Part shown: piece after piece, positions 38,236 through 49,948 of the stretch
How positions within the stretch are numbered: position 1 is the first letter of the stretch
How the letters are laid out: each line of letters begins with the position of its first letter
Origin: a virus
Strand: one strand, 5' to 3'
DNA length: 64,000 bases
Virus record (IMG/VR): IMGVR_UViG_3300046004_000818
Span: 18,972-82,971 of that record
The notes under the pieces: generated by a model
Databases searched by the model: none
Seen by the model: only the letters and a program-made list of their open reading frames with translations
Told to the model about the DNA's origin: nothing
Translations under genes and position numbers: made by a program

Positions 38236-39237
38236 AGTGGCTTTAGCCCTGCTTCCTCAAGCAGGCTCTCTAGGCTTTGCTGCAGAATCGAACTGACATA
38301 TGGAATCTGATCCCGACTGAACAATGTCTGTATATGGTAGTTACCGATACTGATGTGCATTGTGAAGTGACCATCCACAGGTGGTTTGAGTACCCGTTCC
38401 AGAAAGTCCAACCTGTCTAGCATCACTACTAGCTCTGGTGCCGTACAGCCGCCATGATTGTTGAGTCTGTCGCGCAAATCTTTTGTGTTAGTCATACTGA
38501 TCTCTCTTCAAGGTTTACACCGGCTTCAGCTACTGCAAGCAAAACAGTTCTTACAGCAGGAGGTAGACACTTGTTGTCTGTCTCTACCAACCTGTAAAAA
38601 CCTCTAGGCCGCAGGAAACATAACCAATCTCCAATAGGCACATCATTTAATACATGGTGTGTATGGGCTTGGTAGTAGGTAAACCTGCCGATGATGCTAG
38701 TCTGCTCTGCCACAGTCTCACACTTACCGCCAACGTCTGCCCATGCAAGGTTGAAGGCTCCGTAGTTCTTGGGAGCTATCAACCCTATGCCTTTCGTCTT
38801 GCCTCCTTCCGCTGGCAGGACATACTCGGTAGGATGTTTTGGTGACCAGTGGTAGTTGGCCAGTCGATCACACATCTTTCTTATCTGTTGAATAGTAGCT
38901 TCTTCCATAACGATGGTCCTTCTTTATTTTCTCTAGTCGGGACAGTTTCTACTATCTCCGCTGGAGTCAGGTTGACTCCCAGTAAATCCAAGGTCTTTCG
39001 TTGCACCTCTAGCGACATTTCTGCACCCATCGTACCCCAATTGATGCAGTGCATTAAACGTAACGCACTATAGTCAGCTGTTCGCATGAGGCCGCTGATA
39101 CCTAGCAGCTTGCCTACCTCATCGACAACACAGATATCGAAATGGTTACCTTGAAACATCTTCTTCAAAGAGATAATGATAGCTGCTTTCTGAAAGCCTG
39201 ACAGGTCAGGCTCATCCATTAGTTCTGATGCGTTCAT
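38232..39237 (-). CDS. three hypothetical proteins (38232-38495, 38492-38908, 38881-39237)
   Basis: ORFs with overlapping start/stop codons tiling the operon. Confidence 0.6.
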
Positions 39238-40091
39238 GCTATATCCTTCCAGCGATAAAAGCGACCATGCCGGGGAACGTCCTTCTCACCTATAGGCAGA
39301 TGACGGAACGTACACATCTTTCCGATGTACTTGTCTTTATTAAGCAACACTTCCCGACGCTGATCGTGATTTAGCTTCCCGGCGCTAATGTTGAAGACCT
39401 TAGTACCCATTTGGATTACAAAGCCTCCTGCCATACCATTGCCTACAAGGTTTTCGGCATGGGTGCTACGGGCTGTACGCCCTAACTCATTGGTAAAAGT
39501 AGGGTTATTGTTAGTCATGGCTTCAAATACATCGACTACAATACCGTCTGAGTCCAGAAACGGTTTGAACTTCAACATATCCTGCGACTTTGCAGTGGCT
39601 CTGCCTTCTTTGTAGAGGGCAGAGCCATTCCGCAAAATGGCACCCTCATAGCCTAGCTCCAACTGGTCAGCGTAGAACCTATCAAGATCATCTTGACTGT
39701 TCAGGATAGTTTGTGGCAGCACCTTGATATAAGAGGGCAAGGTCATGCCTAATAAGCGGTTGTACCGATCTGAATATGGTAGTACCTTGTCCATCACATC
39801 GAAGGCGTAGAACATAATGTCAGTGATGTGGCGATCTTCTGTTCTGACCGCTGAGCTAGTTACATGGTATACATCATGTGCAGTGGGGTCACCGCAGATA
39901 AACTCACCATCAAGCCCTTGAGTAGCAGCCATCAGTTCTCGCAACCGGAAGTTGGGGATAGGTTTCAAGCTGCGTGTGACACATGTTCCATACTGCGTCA
40001 CACCACGGATACCATCTAGCTTTGAACTAGCAAACTTGGGAAACGTGAGTGGATACTTTGCGTCTGGTTCAGATGCGAGGTTTGGTTTCAT
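39234..40091 (-). CDS. ATP-dependent DNA ligase
   Basis: KLDGIR, DGE, AFD, YEGAILR, LKFKP and PRHGRF motifs. Confidence 0.95.
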   Translation of the reverse strand: MKPNLASEPDAKYPLTFPKFASSKLDGIRGVTQYGTCVTRSLKPIPNFRLRELMAATQGLDGEFICGDPTAHDVYHVTSSAVRTEDRHITDIMFYAFDVMDKVLPYSDRYNRLLGMTLPSYIKVLPQTILNSQDDLDRFYADQLELGYEGAILRNGSALYKEGRATAKSQDMLKFKPFLDSDGIVVDVFEAMTNNNPTFTNELGRTARSTHAENLVGNGMAGGFVIQMGTKVFNISAGKLNHDQRREVLLNKDKYIGKMCTFRHLPIGEKDVPRHGRFYRWKDIA

Positions 40092-43000
40092 AGTTTTCCT
40101 TGGTTAGTGGTTGCTCGATGCCAGTCTGAATCTCTTGGAGCCTCTTTCTTCAATACGGATATTAGTTCGTCAATCTTTTTCTGAGCCTCGTTAACCTTGT
40201 TCATGCAATGTGTTTCACGGTTACGGGCCTCTGACGCAAGCTGCTTCGCATGTCTATGCTCGTCAGTAGCTACCGCGAATGCACAGATAGCTTCATCAAG
40301 AAGTTTGTTTAGGCTTTTCATTCTCAGTCCTTAGTTAACGATCACCGAAGGCTTGATGATCAAAGTCCATGTCCATAGCGAAGTCAAACTCTTCTTCATC
40401 ATCAAACTCTTTGGTAGTGAAGTCCACAGCGTTACGCAGCTTGGAAGGGAGTGCCTTTACAGTCTCAGCTAACGTGGCTTTCCTAGGCTGTAGCTTCAGT
40501 CTATCTAGCTGCTTGTACTCGTCCCGGTCAACCTTGCAGATGATCCACTTGTACTCATAGGGAGCATTAGGATCAAGCCTAGGCGTCTTGTGCACCTGAG
40601 TGATAGTGACAATCTTTGTCTCACCTCGGGCATCTACCACCGCTTGGTCACCCACCTTGAAATCTTCGATGTGGGTCTTGTAGGTGTACTGTTTGCTAGA
40701 GCCGGGAAACCTAGCCATTACCGTCGTGTAGTCTATAGGTAACATAGTACTCTCCTTTAGTGATTAGGTAAGCTAACCTCTAGCTGAAGCTTGACAAGCC
40801 CTAACTTCACATTGATAGCCCACAGTTCAAAGAAGCCCATAGTAGTTAGGAAGCTAACATCATAACCCCACTTGTCGTAAGCAAACCATGCCACGAATAC
40901 TAGCCATAGCATATTACTCCACTCAGCCTTTATGAGATCTAACATAATCTTACTCCTTTGCTAAATGCGCCGTAGGGTGCTGCACATAATCATCCCCATA
41001 GCGAGATGGAAGTGCTAGGAAGTCGTAAGCCCCACGGCGCGGGGTGCTTACTTTCAACTCATCGCCTTGATAACTACCTTCCGGTACAGTATACTCCTTT
41101 TTTGCCGCAATTGTCAAAGTCTTCGATCTGACATTCTGGCTGGCAAGGAAGTTGAGCATCACCCTGCCCTCGGAAGTTAGTGAGTACTTACTATCAAAGT
41201 AAGAAACATGGCCCTCGTGCTCTAGCACATCAAGGCACTCACGCTGGAACTCAGTGATACTTAGCATCCGTTTGAGAGGGTGCACCAAGGTATCCCATAC
41301 CCTGTCTACGGTATAGTTGCCGATAGACAGGACTAATAGCACCTGTTGCTGAAGCCCACCGGGGAGGTATTCGTTACCTCGCAAATCTAGTTCTGACATA
41401 TCAATCCTTTTTAGTTGTTGGTAGTGGTGCCCAACCTACCCAAAAGTCATCGTCAGGTTTCCCTGAGTAGTGACCATACTGAGCTACACCACCTCTGCCT
41501 TTTAGCTGTACCTTGACACCTCTAGGACAGGTAGCCATAGGTTGCCAGTGGTACTTAGTATCCACCGCTACAGTATCAGTGGAATCTAGTTTAAACTCCT
41601 GACTCATCATTACCCTTCCGTTGTTTTTCCAACACATTAAGTAGCCACTGCACTTGCTCAGCACTACCTCTTGTCTGGTTTTCAAAGTAGTCACATAAAA
41701 TACGTAGCCGTTCTATCTCTTCACCAAGCATCTTATAACGCTTGGCCTCGACAGACTTGGCCTTGTACTCAGGCGTATCTATCAATTGGGTACATTCAAG
41801 CAAGGCCTGAATGTACCATTCTCTAGGTGTTAGTAGAGGGTTTAGATACACGCTTAGCATCTTTCTTCTCCTGCCGCAGCTTGTCTATGGCAAGATTGTG
41901 GGCCATGACCTGCAAGCTGTTAGCTATTCGGGGTGATTTCGGGGATGCCTGTCCCGGCGGCTCCAGCCTTGTCCCCATCACCGTCATTATCGTTGTCGCT
42001 AGTGTCGGCTGTGTCTTCATCTTCAAGCTCCGTCAGTTTGTTGATTAACTCATCTGCATAGTAGCTAGCCATTTCTGCTACTAGTGTGCCAGAGATAGGT
42101 GACTCCGAGAAACTGCCTCTGGTAATCAGGGCTTGCATAGCAAGGCTAGCGAAGTGCTGCCTGATAGTTATTCCCGTGTATACCTCACAGAAGCCGGGCG
42201 CAATCTTGGTTCCATTGTACCCTTCTATATCACGGTCAGTATGGTTATTCTCCAATGTAGATGGATGAATAGGAAAGTCACAGTGCATCTTTAACTCCTT
42301 TAGAAATGGTGGTCATCCTGAATGCTCCTAGATCAGTGACCTTCTTCAGCTTACGATTCTCAGCATCCTCAAGCACTTGATAGCCTCTAGCTAACTTTGT
42401 ACTGAGGGTCTTCACTGGCATTGGTTGGGCCTTGAACTCAAGACCTGTAGCTTTCATAGCAGTATATAGAAGGTTGCTTAACAATCCTAGCTCTGTAATG
42501 TCTAGGTGAACGGCTTGTGTTTTCATGTTAGTCTGATGATGATGAACTGTCTGAACTGCTAGAGCTATCGGAGCTACTAGAACTACTATCACCCCATGAG
42601 CCACTGGCTCCGCCTCCACCGAAGTCACCTCCGCCACCACTACGGATAGGTTCAGGGCTAGGTGTATAGAGGCGATCTGGACCTGACTCTGGAAAGGCAT
42701 AGCTACACACCGGGTCAGAGCTAGGTTCAACTCTTGTAGAAGACCTGAACTCACGGCGATCCACAGCACTATTAGCTTCCCGCTTCTCTAGGGGTACAGC
42801 GGGTGGCCTCTTGGGAGGGTAGCTAGGTTTGTAGTAGCCTGTAACGCTTTTACGCAAGCGTTCTACCTTGGCATTGGCTTCTTCAATAAGCTGAACACAG
42901 ATAAGGCAGGGCGGTTGAGGCCCATTGAAGACAAGCCTTTGATAGGTATGTCCTGCACGACAGGTGTGGTTGTAGCCGAAGATCATTTCCAGAGTCTCCT

Positions 43001-43799
43001 AATGGTTAAAAGATTGTAGGCCATAGTGCCTAACATACACACTAGCATGACTATACTAATTAGACCTAAAACAAAAAGCCCTAGGATGCCTAGGTATATG
43101 TCAAACACTTCTTTAAGCGGGTTGTCGCTTCCAGTATAGGCAATCAGTAGCAATGCCGTGACAAGGCTAAAGATTAGGAGCCCTATTAACATGGCTGGCC
43201 TCCAAGGTGTTTTGCAGTTGTGCTTCTTTGCGGGTAGCTTTATCAGCATCTAACTGAATGTCAACAAAAGGGTTCTTAACCCCGAAGATTTCCTTGACCT
43301 TAGCCTCAGAGGGGATAAAAGGTTTCAAGGCGGCGAGGATAGTTGGATGGATGTGATCGTTGCTCATAGCTTTTTTCCTACAATAAAACTTAGAACAATA
43401 AACAGTACAGCGGCGACCATGCAAGCTGTACCCATATAAGACCTAAAGCGTGGTGTCAGATTGTGGGATAGGTACACAGCACCCAGGATGAGAAAGAGGT
43501 CTACGCTACTCATGGTGTTCCTTTCTGCACAAGCGTGCCGCAGCACTTCTGCTGGTCAATCTCGGTGTCTACCTGAAGGACCATTTGTTGTTTCATTTCC
43601 GCACCTTCTCTTTCGGTGGAGTCTTGAACCACCAGACGTAGCAGACATTGTTAACCTGCTCTTTGTTAGCCTGGATAAAATCCGTTACATCAAATGGGAC
43701 TGGTTTGGGAGCGTGTTCAAGGCCTAGTCTGTAGCATAGCCAACCAGTTGAAGCTATTGCATACATAGCTAAGGCTAGCCAAGTGAAAGCATATCGCAT
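40088..43799 (-). CDS. cluster of ~13 small hypothetical/membrane proteins
   Basis: tiled minus-strand ORFs with GGAG RBSs; includes a DUF551-like WQPMATCP protein (41401), a RQHFASLAMQ protein (41920) and a Gly/Ser/Asp-tailed protein (42528-42986). Confidence 0.6.
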
Positions 43800-43821
43800 C
43801 TCTATTCCTTTCAAGAGTGAC

Positions 43822-43849
43822 AAAAAGGCCCTCCGAAGAGGGCCTTTTT
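43822..43849. terminator. bidirectional intrinsic terminator
   Basis: AAAAAGGCCCTC-CGAA-GAGGGCCTTTTT. Confidence 0.9.
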
Positions 43850-43868
43850 AGACTAGCTACGCAATAGC

Positions 43869-44141
43869 TTAGGCAGCAGGAGCGTCTGCCACTTTCCACA
43901 CGCCGACTGCATCAGTACCGTCAGCTTGCTTGAAGGTACGCACAGAGAATTTGGACTTGTCACCAGAGCGAGCACGGTAGGCAACCAGAGCCGAAGTGAT
44001 ACGGGACTGAGCCTTGGCGCGGTCAATCACTTCATTGTCGATGATGGCAGGGCCACCAACAGTCAGGGAGCCGAAGGGGTACTTGCTGGTAACAGCGCGA
44101 GTGGTCTTAGGGATAGCGATTTGAACGAGTTCGATAGACAT
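43869..44141 (-). CDS. small basic putative DNA-binding protein, monocistronic
   Basis: SKYPF...FSVR...VGVW pattern; has its own promoter and terminator; biased codons. Confidence 0.6.
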   Translation of the reverse strand: MSIELVQIAIPKTTRAVTSKYPFGSLTVGGPAIIDNEVIDRAKAQSRITSALVAYRARSGDKSKFSVRTFKQADGTDAVGVWKVADAPAA

Positions 44142-44176
44142 GATAAATTTCCTTTTAGGATGGTTGGTGAGATTCA

Positions 44177-44206
44177 ATTATAAGCACAGAAATACACGAA
44201 ATACAA
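44177..44206 (-). promoter_or_regulatory. sigma70-type promoter
   Basis: TTGTAT-18 bp-TATAAT on the minus strand. Confidence 0.7.
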
Positions 44207-44218
44207 AAGTTTTCAGAT

Positions 44219-46710
44219 TTATTTCTTCATAGTTGAGTCCTCCGTTGAAAATTGACCTTTCGTGGTCGTGTTGTTGCTCTGTGACAACAGCCGCTCATGT
44301 CGAGCGACCATATCAGAGTAGTAGGTAATCATCAAGGTAGCGTAAGAGGCGTTAGATTCTACCTCCATGAGCTTACACCGAGCTACAGCTAACTGTCGTT
44401 GTGCCACCATCAGGTGGTTGGGAGTGGTTAACTTATCCCATAGTTTTGTCAGCATATCTAGTTCCTCACGATACTGATTGGTTTACCTTCACCCTCTTGA
44501 ATCAAGTGGATGAAGGTTTGGTTATCCACACTGGCAGAATACTCTAACCAGCCGGGTCGTTGGCAAGCGCGTAGGTCTATAGCTCTACGAGGTGGAGCTT
44601 GAACCATCACCTCCTTGGAGCCTACAGGTATGTGCTTGATAAGCTCTCCAAGTGCCATCATATCAAGACAGGGGCCGAAGACTTGTATCTTTAACATTTC
44701 TCAACCTCCAGCTTATCGTCAGGCTGTAGTGGGTAGTGGTTATACATAGTACCATCATACCTTCTAAAGGTTACAAGCACAGTTTCTTTCTTGAAAAAGT
44801 CTACTCCAGAGCTTACTGTATGCACCTCACACAGTTCAGGCATCGCATGAGCACCGTAACCCATATCACAGTTAAGCCGCATGCCGGACTTAAGCTCTTT
44901 AGCTTTTATTGTGGTTAACATGCTAGCCCCAACTCTGCACTCTTGATCTTAGCTTTCGGAGGCTCTATCTTCTGCAACCACGATTGAGCAAAGTCTGCTT
45001 CACCTGTCACTATATAGGTGCCAGCGTCAGTTAGCTGCTTGATAAACTCTCCTTTGCATCTCCAGATACGACCGTACTGGCTATGCTCCCCTTGGAGGGA
45101 TATGACTGTAACAGTCAAGTCAAGGTTGGGGCTTTTGCGTTGCCCTAGCCCACCGACTACGATGCATAGATCACCTGCTTGTATTGGCTTCATTCTATCA
45201 CCTCCGCATAGACAATCTTAATACACTTGAAACAGCAGCTAGCGTTCCAAGGTTCTGTTTCGTGAAAACGAGGACGTTCGTCTTCTTCGTCTTCCCATGT
45301 TAGCCATCCGATCTTCATCCTATAAACCCCGGTGCGTCAAGTAGGTTGAGCTTGCTGCTCTTGCTACTCAGGTTTTTGATAGCAGACTGGTACTTTTTAT
45401 CGAACTCAGTCAGCGCCATTTCCTCGGCCTCTTCCAGATTGGAAGCTGTTACCTGTACTGTAGCGTAGCCTGTAAACTCTACGTCAAAACGATAACTGGC
45501 TGTGACCTTCGGCTTGAACTTCCGTTGGTTGCAGCAGTCGCAAGGCTTGTACTGGTAGCCGCAGTCTTTCTCAACTGGGCAAGTAGAACAGTGTCCATTC
45601 ATTGTATCATCTCCGGTGATGGTAGCAAGCTGCTACCGTGTCTGATGTGTCGAACCAGGGCTTCAAGTGCTACTAACAAGTGCTGCTTTCCCGGTTCACC
45701 ATTAGCCATCAAGTACTCAGGCAGTCCCTCAAGCTCTATGGGAACTGTCTTGTCTGTCAAGGGCCATATTACTGTATGCACTGGTGCCATCAGAAGTCCT
45801 TTGGAATAGAAGCATAGTACTCGGGGAAAGGCGTAAGGGCTATACGCTTAGCCACCTTGTAAGCAGCTAGGATATCCGCCACCTCTTCCCTGTACTCTTT
45901 CAAGGACTCCTTGGCCGCTGTTTGGTCTTCTCGTATGGCTTCCTCTGGGGTGCGGAAGTACATTCCACAACTCAGGTTAGACACAAAGCGTCTGCCATCT
46001 TTCTGGCGTCCTGATACTTGCTCTGTGGCAGCGTTGTAGCTTTCTACGGTACAGCGTTCTAGCTTTCCGCCCCAGAACGTGTAGACGTACTCAATCTCTG
46101 GCTTTGTAAACATAGCTTCTCTCCTTTATTAAAATGTGACAACTCTTTCCAGTCGCCACGATGGATACCGTGGACCACGCGGTATTTGCCAGAGGCTTTT
46201 GCTGCTTCATTAGCAGAAGCCTCTGTGTAGTGGTGGCTCATACGTCTGCCACCTTTCTGCGCCGTTACGAACGGCGCTTCTGTGTTAAACAGCTTGCTCA
46301 TTGGGAGGTGTCAGCCTTAGAATCTCGAACGTAGTACCGTCCTTGACCGTGCTGATGTAGCTCTTATGCCCCCACAACCTACTGGCTGCACCGCAAACTG
46401 CACGTTGCAAAGCAATGGCATGGGCCTTGGTCGGACTCTTGTACTCCCAAGACTCACCGTTAGCTAACAGCGGCAGCACATCAAGGTAGCCGGTGTCCTT
46501 GAAGTCGTTGACCTTATGAAAGCCTGCCTTCTTCACTGGCTTCTGGTTAAGCTCTAGGCCATTGATGTGCATCACACCGTCTGCTGTTTGCATAGCAAAC
46601 TTGCAGCCACCAGAAGTATGCTCTTTGCCTTTGTAGACAATAGCATACTCTGCACCGATTGTAGATAGCAGCAATGCTGCACGACGAAATGCCGATTCGC
46701 GAACGTCCAT
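44219..46710 (-). CDS. cluster of ~10 small hypothetical proteins
   Basis: tiled ORFs, including an unlisted 42-aa ORF at 45190-45318 (MKIGWLTWED...). Confidence 0.6.
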
Positions 46711-46763
46711 AAAATTCCCCTTAATGGTTAAAAAATGTAGCCGTAGCTACAGGTGGTGTGTTA

Positions 46764-47417
46764 CTACGGTAACTGTGGAACCGTAGACAGAGCTTTTTCT
46801 ACTGACCATCCTCTGCGTAGTCTACCGTGGAGTGTCCCTGGATTTAGACCTACCAGGTGTGCCCATTGCGATACTGTGCGCCGTTCTCCATTATGCTCAA
46901 GCCATACGTTGGCTGACGTATTATTTTGTTGCACATCACTGGTAGTCCATTGACAGTTATCAGGTCCGTAAGGTTGAGAATTGTCTATACGATCTAAGCT
47001 ATGATCGACACTTGGTCTTGACCCTACAGCCTCATAAAATACAGAGAAGTCTTTCCAGCTTTCTGGTGGTGTACGATCTTTGTATAGGTGGTACCTCTTG
47101 TCTTTGGGGTTTGTACACCTAGCCCACATACTTTTCCAAACTTCGTACTCTGGTACACCAGTCATACCATGTTTCGTATGTACCTCCCTGACTCTCTCCT
47201 TTTGGAGACAACCACAGCTAGTTGTATTTCCGCTTGGTAGAGCGCTACCTCTCACTGTAATTGCATTTCCACAACTACATTGACAGATGTACTGTGTAGG
47301 TTGCCTTTTAGATGCTACCCTAGTCACGGCTGTAAGGCGTCCAAAGACCTTCCCGCTTAAATCCTTGGCATTTAAGCGTAAGGGCGTCGAGACTGTTGTA
47401 GAATTGGCGTTGTCCAT
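46764..47417 (-). mobile_element. free-standing HNH-type homing endonuclease
   Basis: FGRLT..CQCSCG..SCGC, W.SM..RC, HSLDRIDN...Y.PDNC.W...QQNN and C-terminal HTH; ATG at 47417 after AGGAG. Confidence 0.88.
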
Positions 47418-47498
47418 TGCTGTTTGCTCCTGACGCAAAAGTGATAGAAAGTGGTCACGGAAACCTGCAAAGTTTCCGTGACTGCGCCAATTCTAGCA
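47399..47498 (-). promoter_or_regulatory. extended -10 promoter and leader hairpins of the HNH gene
   Basis: TGCTAGAAT on minus strand; hairpin GTCACGGAAAC/GTTTCCGTGAC; 11-bp inverted repeat TAGAATTGGCG/CGCCAATTCTA. Confidence 0.5.
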
Positions 47499-47504
47499 CA
47501 ACTT

Positions 47505-48548
47505 CTAAGCTCTAGCATCCAGAATCTCCACCATATCGGAGATAGCAGCATCCCACTCTGCTTGCAGCGCCTTGACCTTCTTGCTGACTGTCTTCACTGC
47601 ATTCAAGGCGTCACGCTCGCCCTCTGCCTTCTTGATAGCGGCGATCAGTTGTTGGTCGGTCATCTCGGTCACGTTGTTGCCGTAGACGTAGGTGATTGTT
47701 TCGATGGCTTTCATGGTATTTTCCTTTTGAAGTGGTTGAATTGTGCACGTTTGCGGTGTGCTTCCCGATAGCTGTAAGAAGGCATAGGCCGATGCGTCGT
47801 CAACAGGGCCACTGTTCCAGCTTGAGGCATTGAAATCGCCGTTGTTAATAAGCATGTTACCTTTGTGAATAAGCACATTAGACCATGCCTTGACACTTGG
47901 TTCCTTCGCTTCCTTCTGCTCCTGCATCATAAACCAATCCCTAACTTTCTGAGCCTGCCATCCAAATGCTTCATGGATATGAAAGAGATCGGAGTAGGAT
48001 TTGTACATAACATCTCCACCTAGCCGCTTCCAGGAGAGTATGGTAACCTTGTTGACAATAAGGTTGCCTAAGTTTTTCGACAAAGCTGCCTGCTGCTCAT
48101 CATGATAGTTATCAACTACGACACTTAGTACAAGGTTCTTGAACCTGCTGAACTGCTTATTGCTTACAGCAGACTGAGCTAAAGAATCAGCTTCTACCTT
48201 TTTGCAAAGCCTGTAAAGCATCTCTGGCTCTGTTGCTGAGTCTACCTCTGAGACAGTAGCAGGACGTTTACCAAGTCTAAACAGTGTAGCCTCTTTTAGA
48301 CCCCTCGCTGCTTCACCAAGCTGACTTAGCACTGCTAGATGACCAGTGCAGTTGCCCCCGCTTAAGTAATCCCACGTAGTAGCTACGACAGTCCTCAATG
48401 GAGTACCTACTTGCATATCATGCAAGGGTACACCTTGCAAAGTGTCGTAGACACCCTGCTTGAACTTTTCGTAGCCCATGTCTATAGGTAAGTGTGAGCA
48501 TTGCTGCACACACTTAATCAGCAGATTAACCGCTGCTTTGGTTATCAT
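47505..48548 (-). CDS. hypothetical protein with probable internal start (69-aa coiled-coil C-terminal product)
   Basis: 347-aa ORF; in-frame ATG at 47714 preceded by AAGGAAAA. Confidence 0.6.
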   Translation of the reverse strand: MITKAAVNLLIKCVQQCSHLPIDMGYEKFKQGVYDTLQGVPLHDMQVGTPLRTVVATTWDYLSGGNCTGHLAVLSQLGEAARGLKEATLFRLGKRPATVSEVDSATEPEMLYRLCKKVEADSLAQSAVSNKQFSRFKNLVLSVVVDNYHDEQQAALSKNLGNLIVNKVTILSWKRLGGDVMYKSYSDLFHIHEAFGWQAQKVRDWFMMQEQKEAKEPSVKAWSNVLIHKGNMLINNGDFNASSWNSGPVDDASAYAFLQLSGSTPQTCTIQPLQKENTMKAIETITYVYGNNVTEMTDQQLIAAIKKAEGERDALNAVKTVSKKVKALQAEWDAAISDMVEILDARA

Positions 48549-48751
48549 CTAACTTCTCCTTCTGTATAAAGTCGCGGTTCTTGAGCCTGACAGACCCAAT
48601 TACCACGTTACCGTCACCATAGATGATCTTCCAAACACGCTTAGGTGTTGTCTTATACCCTTGTGCGGCACAACCTAGTAGTGTTCGGAGGGTCACCCCT
48701 ATATCTGGCACCTTCAAGGTGGCATTCACTGTGTCGATGATTACTGACATA

Positions 48752-49939
48752 TTACATTCCAAGCAGGTACTGGAGGCGGGTGACTTTAGCACGCTCTGCG
48801 TCTAGGTCACACAGCAGCCGAACGATACCGTTCGTCATGTCTGCATCACCACCACAGTAATCGTCTATGTCTTCCCGCGACATGGTTTCGAAGTCGAAGT
48901 CCAAGGTTGGTTCTTCTGGTTCGATAAATAGGGAGGGCTTACCAGAAGTTGTACCAGTGTTCTTGGTCTCTTGCCCCTTCCCAAAAGAATAGTCTCTCAT
49001 ACCTTTCCACGACTCTGACTGTTTGTAGGCCACCTCTGCCACCGGCACACGTTCTGGCTTCAGCGCTGCCCAGTCGAGTTTGATAGCAGCCTGTGTAAGC
49101 AGGTTCAGGTGGTTCCAATCTTGGTACTCGCTGGAACTATGCTGCATAGCGTAGCCAACACCGATGTTGATGCATTCAGGGATGATGGAGTTGTACACCT
49201 TGCTATCTGTGAACACACCCTTGGTGGATATCTCATACTTGAGGCCCAGATCGGTCAAGGCTTTTGCCAGTGCCTTGCCGTAGCCGACTGAGGCACAGGG
49301 CGTACCACCTTGGGTGATGATGACTTCATCACTGTTAGGCCGGTCAAAGGCGATACAGGCACTGAATTGCTTCAACCACTCTGGATGCTTGGCTTTCATA
49401 GCATTGGCAGAAATGCCGCCACGTTCTTCGCCACGGTGGAAGATGTAGGTGCCACCTACCTTGGCCTCTATCATCTTGAGCATGATGTAGATACCGGCAC
49501 CGTCATCTGCACCCAGACACCCTGACTTCTTGTCTGCAAGGAAGATGTGCTGGAAAGCTTCGTCGAAGAACACACTCTGCAGTGACCCGTCAGACTCATG
49601 GGTAGAGTGCATAGTGTCAACGTGACAGGAGAACAGAGTCTTGAAGCCTGATCCGATTTGCACAGTGACAGCACCTTCTGCCATAGCCACAGGCTTGTGG
49701 CCTAGCTTTTCAAGGTGTTCGTGCAACCACTTGACAAAGTTCAGTTCTCCGGTGGAGTTGTGTGCACGTTTAGTACACAGGATGGCGGCAATCAGTGGGT
49801 CCATTACGGTTACCTCAGTTGGTGGTGGGGGTTTGGGTACTGGCTTAGACAGACCTATCTTAGCCACTTTGGTAGGTTCAACGAGAAGGCTACCTTGAAG
49901 AGCTTTGACTTCTTCAGGTGTGAGTGTTGCTAGTGTCAT
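48752..49939 (-). CDS. M28/M20-family zinc metallopeptidase
   Basis: SCHVDT, LGADDGAG, GEERG, AFDR, FTD and GY..QH motifs. Confidence 0.88.
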   Translation of the reverse strand: MTLATLTPEEVKALQGSLLVEPTKVAKIGLSKPVPKPPPPTEVTVMDPLIAAILCTKRAHNSTGELNFVKWLHEHLEKLGHKPVAMAEGAVTVQIGSGFKTLFSCHVDTMHSTHESDGSLQSVFFDEAFQHIFLADKKSGCLGADDGAGIYIMLKMIEAKVGGTYIFHRGEERGGISANAMKAKHPEWLKQFSACIAFDRPNSDEVIITQGGTPCASVGYGKALAKALTDLGLKYEISTKGVFTDSKVYNSIIPECINIGVGYAMQHSSSEYQDWNHLNLLTQAAIKLDWAALKPERVPVAEVAYKQSESWKGMRDYSFGKGQETKNTGTTSGKPSLFIEPEEPTLDFDFETMSREDIDDYCGGDADMTNGIVRLLCDLDAERAKVTRLQYLLGM

Positions 49940-49948
49940 GGTAACTCC

